Assembly: GCA_002633005.1 (NCBI GenBank)
Contig: NMRA01000020.1
Location: forward strand, 397,621-461,620
Source of the DNA: Phoronis australis
Lineage: Eukaryota > Animalia > Phoronida
Length of the DNA: 64,000 nucleotides
Reading direction: 5' to 3'
Part shown: positions 39,901 through 47,470 of the stretch, piece after piece
How the letters are laid out: each line of letters opens with the position of its first letter
Numbering within the stretch: position 1 is the first letter of the stretch
The notes under the pieces: model-generated
The model's input: only the letters and a program-made list of their open reading frames with translations
Databases searched by the model: none
What the model was told of the DNA's origin: nothing
Made by a program: the position numbers and the translations under genes

Positions 39901-41950
39901 AAGCTAGACGTTGAATTAAGTTGTATAACTGTAATCTGCTAAAGATATAACTGGATAAATTGTCATCTACTGTTTGTTGCCCTTAAGCTTGCTATTGTCC
40001 TGTTGGTCCCTCATAACAGTAAATACACTTTGGAATCATGAAAAACATGTTTTCAGAAACCTGTTAATGAACACCTCTACAAGATGGATTTTTCAATAGA
40101 ATTGAAACCATAGGACATGCTCTGCTGAACACACAAAAATGCACAAAATGTGTGGCGATTTTAGTTGTCGTATCATCAAATTGTTTTTCAAATTTGCAGT
40201 GGGCAGACAGACACTTTCAAGATGACCCACCGTGACCTAGGTCAACTCAAGAGCATCGTGCTGGGCGCGTGCGAGAGAGAAGACCGACCACTTGATCGTC
40301 ATGCTACTGGCCGTGACAGTATGTGGCATTGTTACGAAATTATAGTCACCAACATGGCGTCGGGAAACAAGTGAGTTGTTTTGCGAAACATTTACAAGAC
40401 GGGTGTCTTAGTCCTTCCCAAGGTGCATCAAACTCTTCAGTCTTAATACATTCAGAAAGTAATGTACTTTTGCTGACTGCAGTCGAAATCAGTGCATAAT
40501 TTTGTAGCTAATTCTATTAGTAGCAAAAATGATTGTTAAAAACATTTAATAGGGCAGCAAGATTCTAATTATAGAATGGGTCAGACATACTACTTTTCCT
40601 GTTCATAGTTATGAAGGAAACTACTCTGACGGCGATTTCAACTTTCCCCAGTCGTCGTGACAAGGAATTCCAGGACATTTTGCCTGAATACCTTTGGCTC
40701 GTACTGTAGTTAATAATAACCTGCTCTTCTTCAGGTACATCTTCCCTTGTAAGTCGTGGATACAGATCACACCGGAGGTTTCAGAAGATGATGGAAAAGA
40801 GTTCACTCTGAAGGACATGGAAGAGAGTCAAGTCAACGTTGTTAGAAGTAAAGTTTTGTTTGTCATCTTTCTGGGAGTTGTGTGGTCAAGGGGGATCAAA
40901 TCACCAATCTTCACTTGAGGTTGCTCTTGGAAATGAACCAACCGCATGGCACGCTTTTATAAACTTTCAAACTTTATGCTACATCATTTGTTAAAGTAGC
41001 AAGGAATCGTTGATTTCCTTTTGTATTTACTTTCTTGTGCAGCTATACATGGTTTGCAATTGGTAGCAGGATGCTCTTCTTTATTCACTTTCTCCAATTT
41101 GATTGTTTCAACAGATCTCGCTGCTGTCAAATACGAGATTGTTGTCATCACCGGCGACGTGAAAGGGGCGGGTACTAATGCCAATGTGTCAATCACAATC
41201 TATGGCAAAAATGGAGACACGGGCAAGAGGCCGTTAACGCAGAGATTCCGCGATCTGTTTGAGCGAAACCAGACTGACAAATTCCAGATAGAGGCTTTGG
41301 ACCTTGGTGAGTCTTTTGACACAGATTTTTTGAAGTTTGGTTAATTATTATAAACATTATGTGACAAGTTTTCCTCGTGCATTTGTCAAGGACTTTTGTT
41401 ACGATTGCTGCACTCGTGTCTTTTTGTATTGTATGTCCGTATATTTTCATCGCATTTCTTAGGAAGGAATCTGGTCCTCGGGTAAGGAGTTTGGTCAGCG
41501 GGTATGAGGCAATTCTGAGGATGTGTCTAGTTTAAGGGTGTTGATTTGGTGTTTATTGGTCCAGGAACAGAGTTTGGCAGATTGTAGCTGGAGTTCAATG
41601 GATTTGTCTCCCCCTCCTGTAAGTGTCATGATCATAGAATTATTCTCATAGGCAATGTGCACTTCTGTTGTATGTGCACAAGTAATGACGAAACGCAGTC
41701 ACTAGAAATTAATTTGTTTCTCATGTTAAAGTTTGCAACATTACTAAATGACTTTGTTTTTTGTATAGGTGAGTTATCAAAGGTTAGGGTTGAGCACGAC
41801 AATTCTGGATTTCGTGCTGGTTGGTTGCTGGACCGCGTAGAGATTACCAACTTGGCAACTAACAAGACTACAGTGTTCCCGTGTGGACAATGGTTTGACA
41901 AGGACAAAGGAGATGGAGAAATTAGTCGAGACATCCTTGCTCGTGAATAG
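3817..41950 (+). CDS. LOXHD1: Lipoxygenase homology domain-containing protein 1 (multi-PLAT protein); 43 coding exons, ~2,604 aa, 17 PLAT/LH2 repeats (gene span)
   Basis: Repeated PLAT signatures (Y-x-V-x-V-x-TGD..[31 protein letters not shown]...EDDG...R.L). All 43 exons have AG/GT boundaries with compatible phases. Summed length is 7815 nt, ending at TAG 41948-41950. A protein made almost entirely of PLAT repeats is the LOXHD1 architecture. Confidence 0.93.
4981..5121. mobile_element. Small MITE
   Basis: Terminal inverted repeats GGGCTGCATTC...GAATGCAGCCC. Confidence 0.5.
5265..5635. mobile_element. Long inverted-repeat (MITE-like) element, ~120-bp arms
   Basis: ATTTGTTTTTATTGGCCGTAATAGATAAA..AATTGGTGG..CGCGTCAG..GGCAGCTAAGGAAG pairs with TTCCTTGCTGCC..CTGACGCG..CCACCAATT..TTTATCTATTAAGGCCATTAAAAACAAAT. 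Confidence 0.75.
6036..6197 (+). CDS. LOXHD1: LOXHD1 exon 2 ([17 protein letters not shown]...FRGPFA)
   Basis: ccttcag| ... A|gtaggt, phase 1-1, open frame. Confidence 0.7.
6732..6864. repeat. 43-bp tandem repeat x3
   Basis: TAAAATAACTATTACTTGTACTGTAAGCCTTCTTCATTCTAAC three times. Confidence 0.95.
6914..7101 (+). CDS. LOXHD1: LOXHD1 exon 3 (contains [17 protein letters not shown])
   Basis: tgtag| ... GGG|gtattt, phase 1-0. Confidence 0.75.
7878..8024 (+). CDS. LOXHD1: LOXHD1 exon 4 (start of PLAT1, [18 protein letters not shown])
   Basis: ttacag| ... AAG|gtaaat. Confidence 0.88.
8198..8338. repeat. (CA)n microsatellite, imperfect
   Basis: Direct inspection. Confidence 0.97.
8548..8721 (+). 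CDS. LOXHD1: LOXHD1 exon 5 (PLAT1)
   Basis: ttttag|[10 protein letters not shown]...[10 protein letters not shown]|gtgagt. Confidence 0.88.
9437..9602 (+). CDS. LOXHD1: LOXHD1 exon 6 (PLAT1 end)
   Basis: tttcag|[23 protein letters not shown]|gtagga. Confidence 0.9.
9885..10085 (-). mobile_element. Decayed SINE remnant
   Basis: Minus strand reads TAAAGCACTTGAG..AAACGCCTTACACAAATAC, resembling the common invertebrate SINE/L2-type tail. A TGTGGGAGGAAA core-like piece lies at ~10070. Confidence 0.4.
10539..10734 (+). CDS. LOXHD1: LOXHD1 exon 7 (PLAT2)
   Basis: [19 protein letters not shown]; ttgcag| ... AG|gtgtgt. Confidence 0.92.
11204..11388 (+). CDS. LOXHD1: LOXHD1 exon 8 (PLAT2 end)
   Basis: [24 protein letters not shown]; splice sites in phase. 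Confidence 0.92.
13646..13790 (+). CDS. LOXHD1: LOXHD1 exon 9 (PLAT3)
   Basis: [26 protein letters not shown]; cgtag| ... TC|gtaagt. Confidence 0.92.
14495..14775. mobile_element. MITE-family copy (related to 36320-36527)
   Basis: 14628-14701 closely matches 36408-36481. The end CCGTTCCAAGAAA is complementary to TTTCTTGGAACGG at ~36511. Confidence 0.7.
15071..15173 (+). CDS. LOXHD1: LOXHD1 exon 10 (PLAT3)
   Basis: [30 protein letters not shown]|gtaaga. Confidence 0.92.
15797..15929 (+). CDS. LOXHD1: LOXHD1 exon 11 (PLAT3 end)
   Basis: [33 protein letters not shown]. Confidence 0.92.
16188..16254. repeat. 22-bp palindromic tandem repeat x3 (E-box rich)
   Basis: AACGTCCATCTGTAACAGATGG units. 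Confidence 0.9.
16708..16961 (+). CDS. LOXHD1: LOXHD1 exon 12 (PLAT4)
   Basis: [34 protein letters not shown]; AAG acceptor. Confidence 0.9.
17752..17887 (+). CDS. LOXHD1: LOXHD1 exon 13 (PLAT4 end)
   Basis: [33 protein letters not shown]. Confidence 0.92.
18262..18509 (+). CDS. LOXHD1: LOXHD1 exon 14 (PLAT5)
   Basis: [34 protein letters not shown]. Confidence 0.92.
19601..19736 (+). CDS. LOXHD1: LOXHD1 exon 15 (PLAT5 end)
   Basis: [33 protein letters not shown]. Confidence 0.92.
20298..20452 (+). CDS. LOXHD1: LOXHD1 exon 16 (PLAT6)
   Basis: [26 protein letters not shown]|gtaagg. Confidence 0.92.
21042..21273 (+). CDS. LOXHD1: LOXHD1 exon 17 (PLAT6 end)
   Basis: [35 protein letters not shown]. 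Confidence 0.92.
21510..21706 (+). CDS. LOXHD1: LOXHD1 exon 18 (PLAT7)
   Basis: [26 protein letters not shown]. Confidence 0.92.
22174..22366 (+). CDS. LOXHD1: LOXHD1 exon 19 (PLAT7 end)
   Basis: [34 protein letters not shown]. Confidence 0.92.
22961..23208 (+). CDS. LOXHD1: LOXHD1 exon 20 (PLAT8)
   Basis: [34 protein letters not shown]. Confidence 0.92.
23606..23911 (+). CDS. LOXHD1: LOXHD1 exon 21 (charged low-complexity insert within PLAT8)
   Basis: gtcag|[17 protein letters not shown]...DDDGEDK|gtgatt, phase 0-0. Confidence 0.85.
24378..24525 (+). CDS. LOXHD1: LOXHD1 exon 22 (PLAT8 end)
   Basis: [26 protein letters not shown]. Confidence 0.9.
25048..25333 (+). CDS. LOXHD1: LOXHD1 exon 23 (PLAT9)
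   Basis: [34 protein letters not shown]. Confidence 0.93.
25580..25635. repeat. (GTCCATT)n heptamer repeat
   Basis: About 8 copies by inspection. Confidence 0.95.
25948..26204 (+). CDS. LOXHD1: LOXHD1 exon 24 (PLAT9 end and PLAT10 start)
   Basis: [34 protein letters not shown]. Confidence 0.93.
26988..27096 (+). CDS. LOXHD1: LOXHD1 exon 25 (PLAT10)
   Basis: [35 protein letters not shown]. Confidence 0.92.
27159..27639. mobile_element. hAT-like non-autonomous DNA transposon, 481 bp
   Basis: TIRs CAGTGCTTGGAAT / ATCCCAAGCCCTG. ATGTAG is duplicated on both flanks. Interior is CpG-rich relative to the host intron. Confidence 0.75.
27661..27862. repeat. Dispersed repeat, inverted copy of 30097-30294
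   Basis: TCACTGACCTTGCATGTCAATTTCAAAAG vs CTTTTGAAATTGACATGCAAGGTCAGTGA, with further flanking similarity. Confidence 0.85.
28318..28502 (+). CDS. LOXHD1: LOXHD1 exon 26 (PLAT10 end)
   Basis: [31 protein letters not shown]. Confidence 0.92.
28620..29250 (-). mobile_element. Possible decayed CR1/L2-type LINE 3' fragment
   Basis: Strand-skewed A-rich block. Minus frame near 29010-29070 reads [16 protein letters not shown], resembling the WNxLP..FK C-terminal motif of CR1-group ORF2. Confidence 0.35.
29869..30047 (+). CDS. LOXHD1: LOXHD1 exon 27 (PLAT11)
   Basis: [31 protein letters not shown]. Confidence 0.92.
30097..30294. repeat. Dispersed repeat, inverted copy of 27661-27862
   Basis: See partner copy. 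Confidence 0.85.
30918..31034 (+). CDS. LOXHD1: LOXHD1 exon 28 (PLAT11)
   Basis: [29 protein letters not shown]. Confidence 0.92.
31662..31824 (+). CDS. LOXHD1: LOXHD1 exon 29 (PLAT11 end)
   Basis: [24 protein letters not shown]. Confidence 0.92.
32346..32500 (+). CDS. LOXHD1: LOXHD1 exon 30 (PLAT12)
   Basis: [26 protein letters not shown]. Confidence 0.92.
32548..32821. repeat. Diverged tandem duplication (2 units, ~120-150 bp)
   Basis: ATTAC..TTTTACAC..GCGGGTGT/ACGGGTGT..AGTATTT..TCTTCTTGTTAT..TCAGAATG occurs twice. Confidence 0.7.
33300..33512 (+). CDS. LOXHD1: LOXHD1 exon 31 (PLAT12 end)
   Basis: [35 protein letters not shown]. Confidence 0.92.
33874..34030 (+). CDS. LOXHD1: LOXHD1 exon 32 (Ser/Arg-rich linker)
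   Basis: ttctag|[19 protein letters not shown]|gtgagt; needed to connect the phase 0 and phase 1 neighbours. Confidence 0.88.
34113..34296. repeat. ~16-bp minisatellite (GGGTTGCAGAACACAT)
   Basis: About 11 degenerate copies; explains the spurious Cys-rich ORFs here. Confidence 0.92.
34476..34522. repeat. 14-bp tandem repeat (TGATTGGAGTTCAT) x3
   Basis: Direct inspection. Confidence 0.9.
34614..34819 (+). CDS. LOXHD1: LOXHD1 exon 33 (PLAT13)
   Basis: [21 protein letters not shown]. Confidence 0.92.
35479..35668 (+). CDS. LOXHD1: LOXHD1 exon 34 (PLAT13 end)
   Basis: [29 protein letters not shown]. Confidence 0.92.
35917..36077 (+). CDS. LOXHD1: LOXHD1 exon 35 (PLAT14)
   Basis: [26 protein letters not shown]. 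Confidence 0.92.
36086..36253. repeat. 18-bp minisatellite (ATTGGTCTGGATTATTTT) ~9 copies
   Basis: Direct inspection. Confidence 0.97.
36320..36527. mobile_element. MITE-family copy (related to 14495-14775)
   Basis: Shared core AGTTTTGTCTT..GGATGTGGAAGTTT..GTTGAGACAAATCT; ends in TTTCTTGGAACGGCCCC. Confidence 0.7.
37548..37767 (+). CDS. LOXHD1: LOXHD1 exon 36 (PLAT14 end)
   Basis: [30 protein letters not shown]. Confidence 0.92.
38638..38868 (+). CDS. LOXHD1: LOXHD1 exon 37 (PLAT15)
   Basis: [33 protein letters not shown]. Confidence 0.92.
39305..39484 (+). CDS. LOXHD1: LOXHD1 exon 38 (PLAT15 end)
   Basis: [32 protein letters not shown]. Confidence 0.92.
39648..39789 (+). CDS. LOXHD1: LOXHD1 exon 39 (divergent PLAT16)
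   Basis: [25 protein letters not shown]; GG|gtattt. Confidence 0.88.
40200..40370 (+). CDS. LOXHD1: LOXHD1 exon 40 (PLAT16)
   Basis: [30 protein letters not shown]. Confidence 0.88.
40735..40847 (+). CDS. LOXHD1: LOXHD1 exon 41 (PLAT16 end)
   Basis: [20 protein letters not shown]. Confidence 0.88.
41115..41306 (+). CDS. LOXHD1: LOXHD1 exon 42 (PLAT17)
   Basis: [28 protein letters not shown]. Confidence 0.93.
41769..41950 (+). CDS. LOXHD1: LOXHD1 exon 43 (PLAT17 end, stop)
   Basis: [47 protein letters not shown]. Confidence 0.93.
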
Positions 41951-44900
41951 CTCTGTGCCTACGTGATGTCGCGATTTAGTGCCCTTAGGTTTTATTTGGT
42001 TTTGACAGTTGCAATGCTTGGTGTCATTAATGATAATTGCAATGAATATTGGATTGAGTTAGTGGTATTTAATGTTGACTTGTATAGCCAAGAACTATTG
42101 AAGTGTCTGGGGAGACAACCAAGGACAAATGTGACCTGAAGGGCAAGGGAAGACGAGATGGGTCTTTGGCCAAAATGTCTTTGTGCTGTAGGCTTAATTC
42201 AGACATGTGACGAGAGAGAGATTAAACGATGGTGTGTTAATTTGTTGAATGATTTAATCAATTATTAATCAAAGACTGATTTTGTCAAAATCTCATGTTT
42301 CTACCTCCCAGCGGATTTGTGCTAGACTAGCGATAATTTTATGCTGTCATGAAAGAAATCAAAAATTGTGTCATGGGTAACCTAGTATTCAATGAGAGTT
42401 TAAAATTATGACCTTTATGTAATGGCATTTATTTAACTTTGTGCGCCCACATTGTGTGGAGGTATGCATCTGCCATCGATGTCTGTCCAAGCATTCATCT
42501 TTCTACCCGCCAAATGATTGAAAGAGATAGAGCTGGCTAGTTTTGATGCATACCTGTATACTTCATCTCCCCTTGGTGGCCATATATTGCAACTTATTTT
42601 TAAATTAATTGATTTGTGCCTTATTCTGTATTTGGTGGTAATGTTATGAACTTTAACAAACCTTTGAATGCTTTCTGTTGGGATGGCTCCAAGTAATTTT
42701 GTTCAATTACCTTGATTTGTATTCACTTGCCTTTGCTTGTCTAGTGGCAGTTTTATCCAGCTTAATCCGTTTCACTGTACAACTCTAATATTTGGTTTTG
42801 GTCACTCTTTCCGCTTGATTTTGATTGAAATATTTACAATTACAAGTTTCAGCAAAAACACTCTAATAAACTTAATATTCACAATAATGCTATTTCTACA
42901 TAATTTCATTTTTTAAATAAACATTATTTGTTGGAGATTTTGAAGTTGAGTTTTATATTTCCTGGTAATGCAGGATCATGCTGCCACCATGGAACGCTAC
43001 TGAACTTCAAAATTGTAATGAATTTGTACAAGAATACTTGCAGGACTGTAATTTAAGAAGTGTTCATATTTTATGAAGTATTTTCTTAACTTGAGAGATT
43101 AAAGAGAAAGGTATCTTTAAAATTGTTGCACAAATTCTAGCAACTTAGGCTTGCAGTCTCATTTTGAAAATTTCAATAGCACTTGAATTTCATCCTAGTT
43201 GCAGTTTTGGATCACAGTCATTGCTTTGTTAAGTCGTTTGTAGTTTCTCAGATGTTTGAAGTCATGAGTACCTGCGGTGGCTTTGCAGTTTCCATATCCC
43301 CAGTGCGGGTGCATTTTGATAATATTCATTGCACACTAATCTCAGGGTACATTTTTATGCATTTTATGGATTGCGTTTTATGTATACTTATCTATGGCAT
43401 TCCATTAGTTTTATTTTTGTTTAATTGTGATTTCTGTTATTACAATATGTTCTTAAGACTGAGCAGCAGCCAAATATATCTTTTTTTCGTCAAGATAGCA
43501 GGAGAATTGTCTCATCAATCAATTACAGGTCACTTTAGTTGATGTGTTCAATGCTTGTCTTGATGTCTAGGAAGTCCTTGAACAGATTGATTGTATTCCC
43601 AATTGTACCTACAACTTTGTGTGTGTGGGCTGTTAATGAAAATAATCAAATTTTAGTAATTGTTGTATGTTTTAATAATATCTATGATTTTGCATTATAT
43701 CCGTATTGAAGTGAGCTCTTTTTATGACCAATAGATATTATCTCAGCTGAACTGTGAGTATGACTATGTATAACACAAGAGCCATATTTATCATGTATGC
43801 CATAACATCAGCTCAGTATAAGTGATGGATTGTAACTCATAGAGTCAGGTGAAAATGAAGAATGGGTAATGGTTTAACTTTGGAGGCTGTTGTAAGTGCC
43901 AATAACTGAAAAATGTGATTTTATAAACTTTAATGGTTGACATGTTAATGCATTGGGGTGTGTTTACGCCTGCATGTAGGTCTATATAAATTGAAAATCT
44001 CAAAAATCGTCGTTAGGTTGGCATTTCAACAAGCATGGGTGTTTAAAAGCAATTGAAAGTTTTTGAAAAGGTTCGGTGGGGGTGTTGAAATTTCGTGCTG
44101 AAGTGAGAACGAGGGAACCAGGAGACTCAAACGAGGGAACCAGGAGACTCGATTTAAGGTGGGCATATTTCTGAGCATGGCCAACTAAAAGTAGGAATTT
44201 GGAAAATTATCGGTGGTATTTAGCCGAATATACACCTGTATGTGTAAACCAGATGAATACGGTGTTTGTAGAAAGGCAGTGAAAACTAAAGAAAAATGAT
44301 AGTCAGTCTTAAATTGATGAAACATATTTTATTTGCACATTTTATTTCATTGATGTGTTCCAACTCCTAAGTACATAGTGTCTGTGTGACACCTGCAGTT
44401 CTTTTTATGGTTGTAAAACCCAAGAATGGTTCATTGTAATTGAAGGCAGCATTATTGTAGTGTATACTGTGTCATGGATTGTGTTCTGTCAACTTTTGAT
44501 TGAGAAGTGTGACTACACAGAAGGCTTTGGTAGGTCTTCTGTTCAGTGAGCATTGACATATTAAGACGTCTAAAATTTGACACTTTTTACCCCCCCCCCC
44601 CCCCCCCCCNCCGTCCCATAATTACATCATTAAAGCCTACCCCCGTTTTTGGAAGAACCAACCATTTGTTGGAGATCCAGTCCATATGATTGACAAACTT
44701 GCCGCTGTTGAATTCTGCAAGGAACTAAATTACGCAATTTCAACTATCAAATCATACTGTGATGCAGATATTCTAATAAAGCAGATGATGATGTCACCAT
44801 GAGACTAAGGTACCCCCTCCCCTGTCATAAATCGTCATTTTACCAAACCCTCACCCACCCCCCGCGAGTGAACTCTCTCTTAGTGCACCATGTTGCAGTC

Positions 44901-45700
44901 AAGTGAAACTTTGTCAAATTTCTCAATAAATATGGAGAAAATTTTAGTTCATTTAGCTTGCTTGGTTTGCACCTTGTAGGTGTTACTGATGATATTTGGT
45001 TAAGTTTTCCATTATTTGTGGAAATCAGATTGATTGATAAGATTGATTGATAATAAGTCAATTTTTGCAATTATTTGTGTAAAGAACTTTCCAAGTACCA
45101 CCTGCCAGGATACAAATGCCTGGGTTTTGTCATTTTTATTTACTACTGATGTGCGTGTATTTATGATATTGCTGGTGGTAGGGCTGATTTTCACCTTATC
45201 TACCTACTTGTTTACATTGTTGGTTTTATATGTTTATAAGTTTGTTATAATTTTGAATTCTTGGCATCACTTTGTATGTCGCTTTTATGATTGTATTATT
45301 CAGCCAATGATGTGTATACTGTTTTTTGTATTGTATTCCATGAAAAAGATTTTCATGATATTGTGGTGATACTGAGGCGTATTTTATAGCACTTATTTTA
45401 CAGCAGTGACATGTTTTGTAATCAAACCACTTGGTTTTATGTATTGTTGGGGTTGATTTTTGCCATACAACTATTACATACCTATCTTGGTACTTCTTAG
45501 GTTAATTTTGATCATGGAAGTTTTTGTCACATTGTCATGTATTATTGAATTGTAGGCATGATGATTAAGTATAGATTTTCAAAGTGTTATATTTACAAAT
45601 AATTTTGTGTCTTGGATAAATAAGACATTAAATTCATTCCATCAAATATTTACAAGTCTCCTCTAGTGTACTGTGTCAGATTTGTGTAAATAAACTTTTT
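41951..45700 (+). other. Probable 3' UTR / downstream region with alternative poly(A) signals
   Basis: T-rich plus-strand composition. AATAAA at ~42865, ~42916 and ~45689, ATTAAA at ~45627. The true end is unknown. Confidence 0.4.
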
Positions 45701-46418
45701 GCCCTATTTTTTCTTATATCTCGCACACTATACGAACACAATTAAGTTTCAATTCTCTAACAATATTTATGCTCTCACGTTATTTCCTGCAATTGAATTT
45801 GCTTTACCATTGTCCATAGGTGTTTTTAACACTTATAGCTAATTTAAAAATAGTCCAGAATTCCGTCATATAAACTGTGATCACCTGTCGTTTCCGATTA
45901 TTCCGCTAGTAAGCCCCAGGGCCTGTATTCGGAAAATGGCATTTTTACCTCATAGTACCCTATACATATAACTCCGGGCGTATAGTCGCCATCAGGACAC
46001 TGAATCAGAGAGCTTTGGATATCGTTTTAAGAACGGCTCAAATTCAGGATGACAGTGTCGACATATAATATACTAACTTCAGGAACTAAATAATTAAACT
46101 GCTAATATATGAGTATTTGGTCATTAAATGAAAATGTCCTGATTCTCGTAAAACTGTGGGTTTTTTCAACATTGTTCTTGGGAACAACCTTCAAAACTTA
46201 TTTATGGCTCCGAATGTCGACTTCGAGCATATTTTCGGGAAAAATCTTAATTTAGGCCCGTTGGCAATTATTTGCGGCGGACTGTTAGGAAAAAATCACT
46301 GGTGATCATTAGAACGTGGCAGTGTATTCTTCCATTCTTACTTAGCACACTCCCTTCAAAATGGCCTGAACCTATCTATGAGAGAAACTCTTGGTTGATT
46401 GTAATAAATTGCCGTTCA

Positions 46419-46655
46419 CAGTGGCGGATTTAGATAGGGGGGCATGCCCCCCCTAAAATTCTACCAGATACCATTTGGGAGTTCGGGTGCGCGCAAGCAG
46501 GGGCTCGTCGGGGGTGAATAAACAACGCATAGGCCCTGAACAAACCCCGTTTACCGTTGTTTTTAGTCAACGGGTCCGCAACCCCAAACATTTGAGGCCT
46601 CTGCGTCCCCACATTTTAGGCTGAGCGCGCGCATCTGTCGAAATTCTGCTTATTC
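46419..46655 (+). mobile_element. hAT-like MITE end, truncated by the assembly gap
   Basis: CAGTGGCGGATTTAG..GGGGGCATGCCCCCC terminus; similar to CATAGGCGGATTTAGGGGGGG at 52098. Confidence 0.5.
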
Positions 46656-47051
46656 NNNNNNNNNNNNNNNNNNNNNNNNNNNNNNNNNNNNNNNNNNNNN
46701 NNNNNNNNNNNNNNNNNNNNNNNNNNNNNNNNNNNNNNNNNNNNNNNNNNNNNNNNNNNNNNNNNNNNNNNNNNNNNNNNNNNNNNNNNNNNNNNNNNNN
46801 NNNNNNNNNNNNNNNNNNNNNNNNNNNNNNNNNNNNNNNNNNNNNNNNNNNNNNNNNNNNNNNNNNNNNNNNNNNNNNNNNNNNNNNNNNNNNNNNNNNN
46901 NNNNNNNNNNNNNNNNNNNNNNNNNNNNNNNNNNNNNNNNNNNNNNNNNNNNNNNNNNNNNNNNNNNNNNNNNNNNNNNNNNNNNNNNNNNNNNNNNNNN
47001 NNNNNNNNNNNNNNNNNNNNNNNNNNNNNNNNNNNNNNNNNNNNNNNNNNN
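46656..47051. other. Assembly gap (396 N) followed by a (TG)n microsatellite
   Basis: Run of N. Confidence 1.
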
Positions 47052-47404
47052 TGTGTGTGTGTGTGTGTGCGCGCGCACGTGTGTGTATGAGTGTGCGTGT
47101 GAATGTGTGTGTACGTACCTATGTTCACAGTATGTACGTATGTAGCCTTCCAGCTAGATTTCGGTCATATGATAGACTTTGTTGCGAAATGGACTTCAGT
47201 GTCTGTGGTAGTTGCAAGATACACGTACATGAAAATCGAGGACAAAACCTAATTATTTAGCTTTGCAATACTGTTCTTCCATACTGTCCAGAGTCCTGAT
47301 AAGGAAAAACGATTGAAATCTGGTAAAAAATAAGAAACTTTAAATGTGCAGTAACAATTCAAAGTGGTATTCTCGGAGAGAAAGTAAATTAACAGGAAAT
47401 TGCA

Positions 47405-47470
47405 GTAGCGCGGAATCGAATTCGCAAACTTTGCACTAGTAGACTATCGCTCTGCCGCTGACTGAGCCAC
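47405..47470 (-). pseudogene. Degenerate tRNA-like sequence (tRNA-derived SINE head?)
   Basis: Minus strand GTGGCTCAGTCAGCGGCAGAGCG..GCGAATTCGATTCCG has A-box-like and B-box-like motifs at tRNA spacing; stems are imperfect. Confidence 0.4.

Noticed and set aside
17662-41934. Many minus-strand ORFs overlapping exons (antisense gene)
   Set aside because: They coincide with LOXHD1 exons and are shadow ORFs.
43183-45369. Hydrophobic ORFs (43183-43542, 45034-45369) as membrane proteins
   Set aside because: T-rich 3' UTR-like sequence yields Phe/Leu/Ile-rich frames; no motifs or exon structure.
46616-47128. Long minus-strand ORFs
   Set aside because: Artefact of the N gap.
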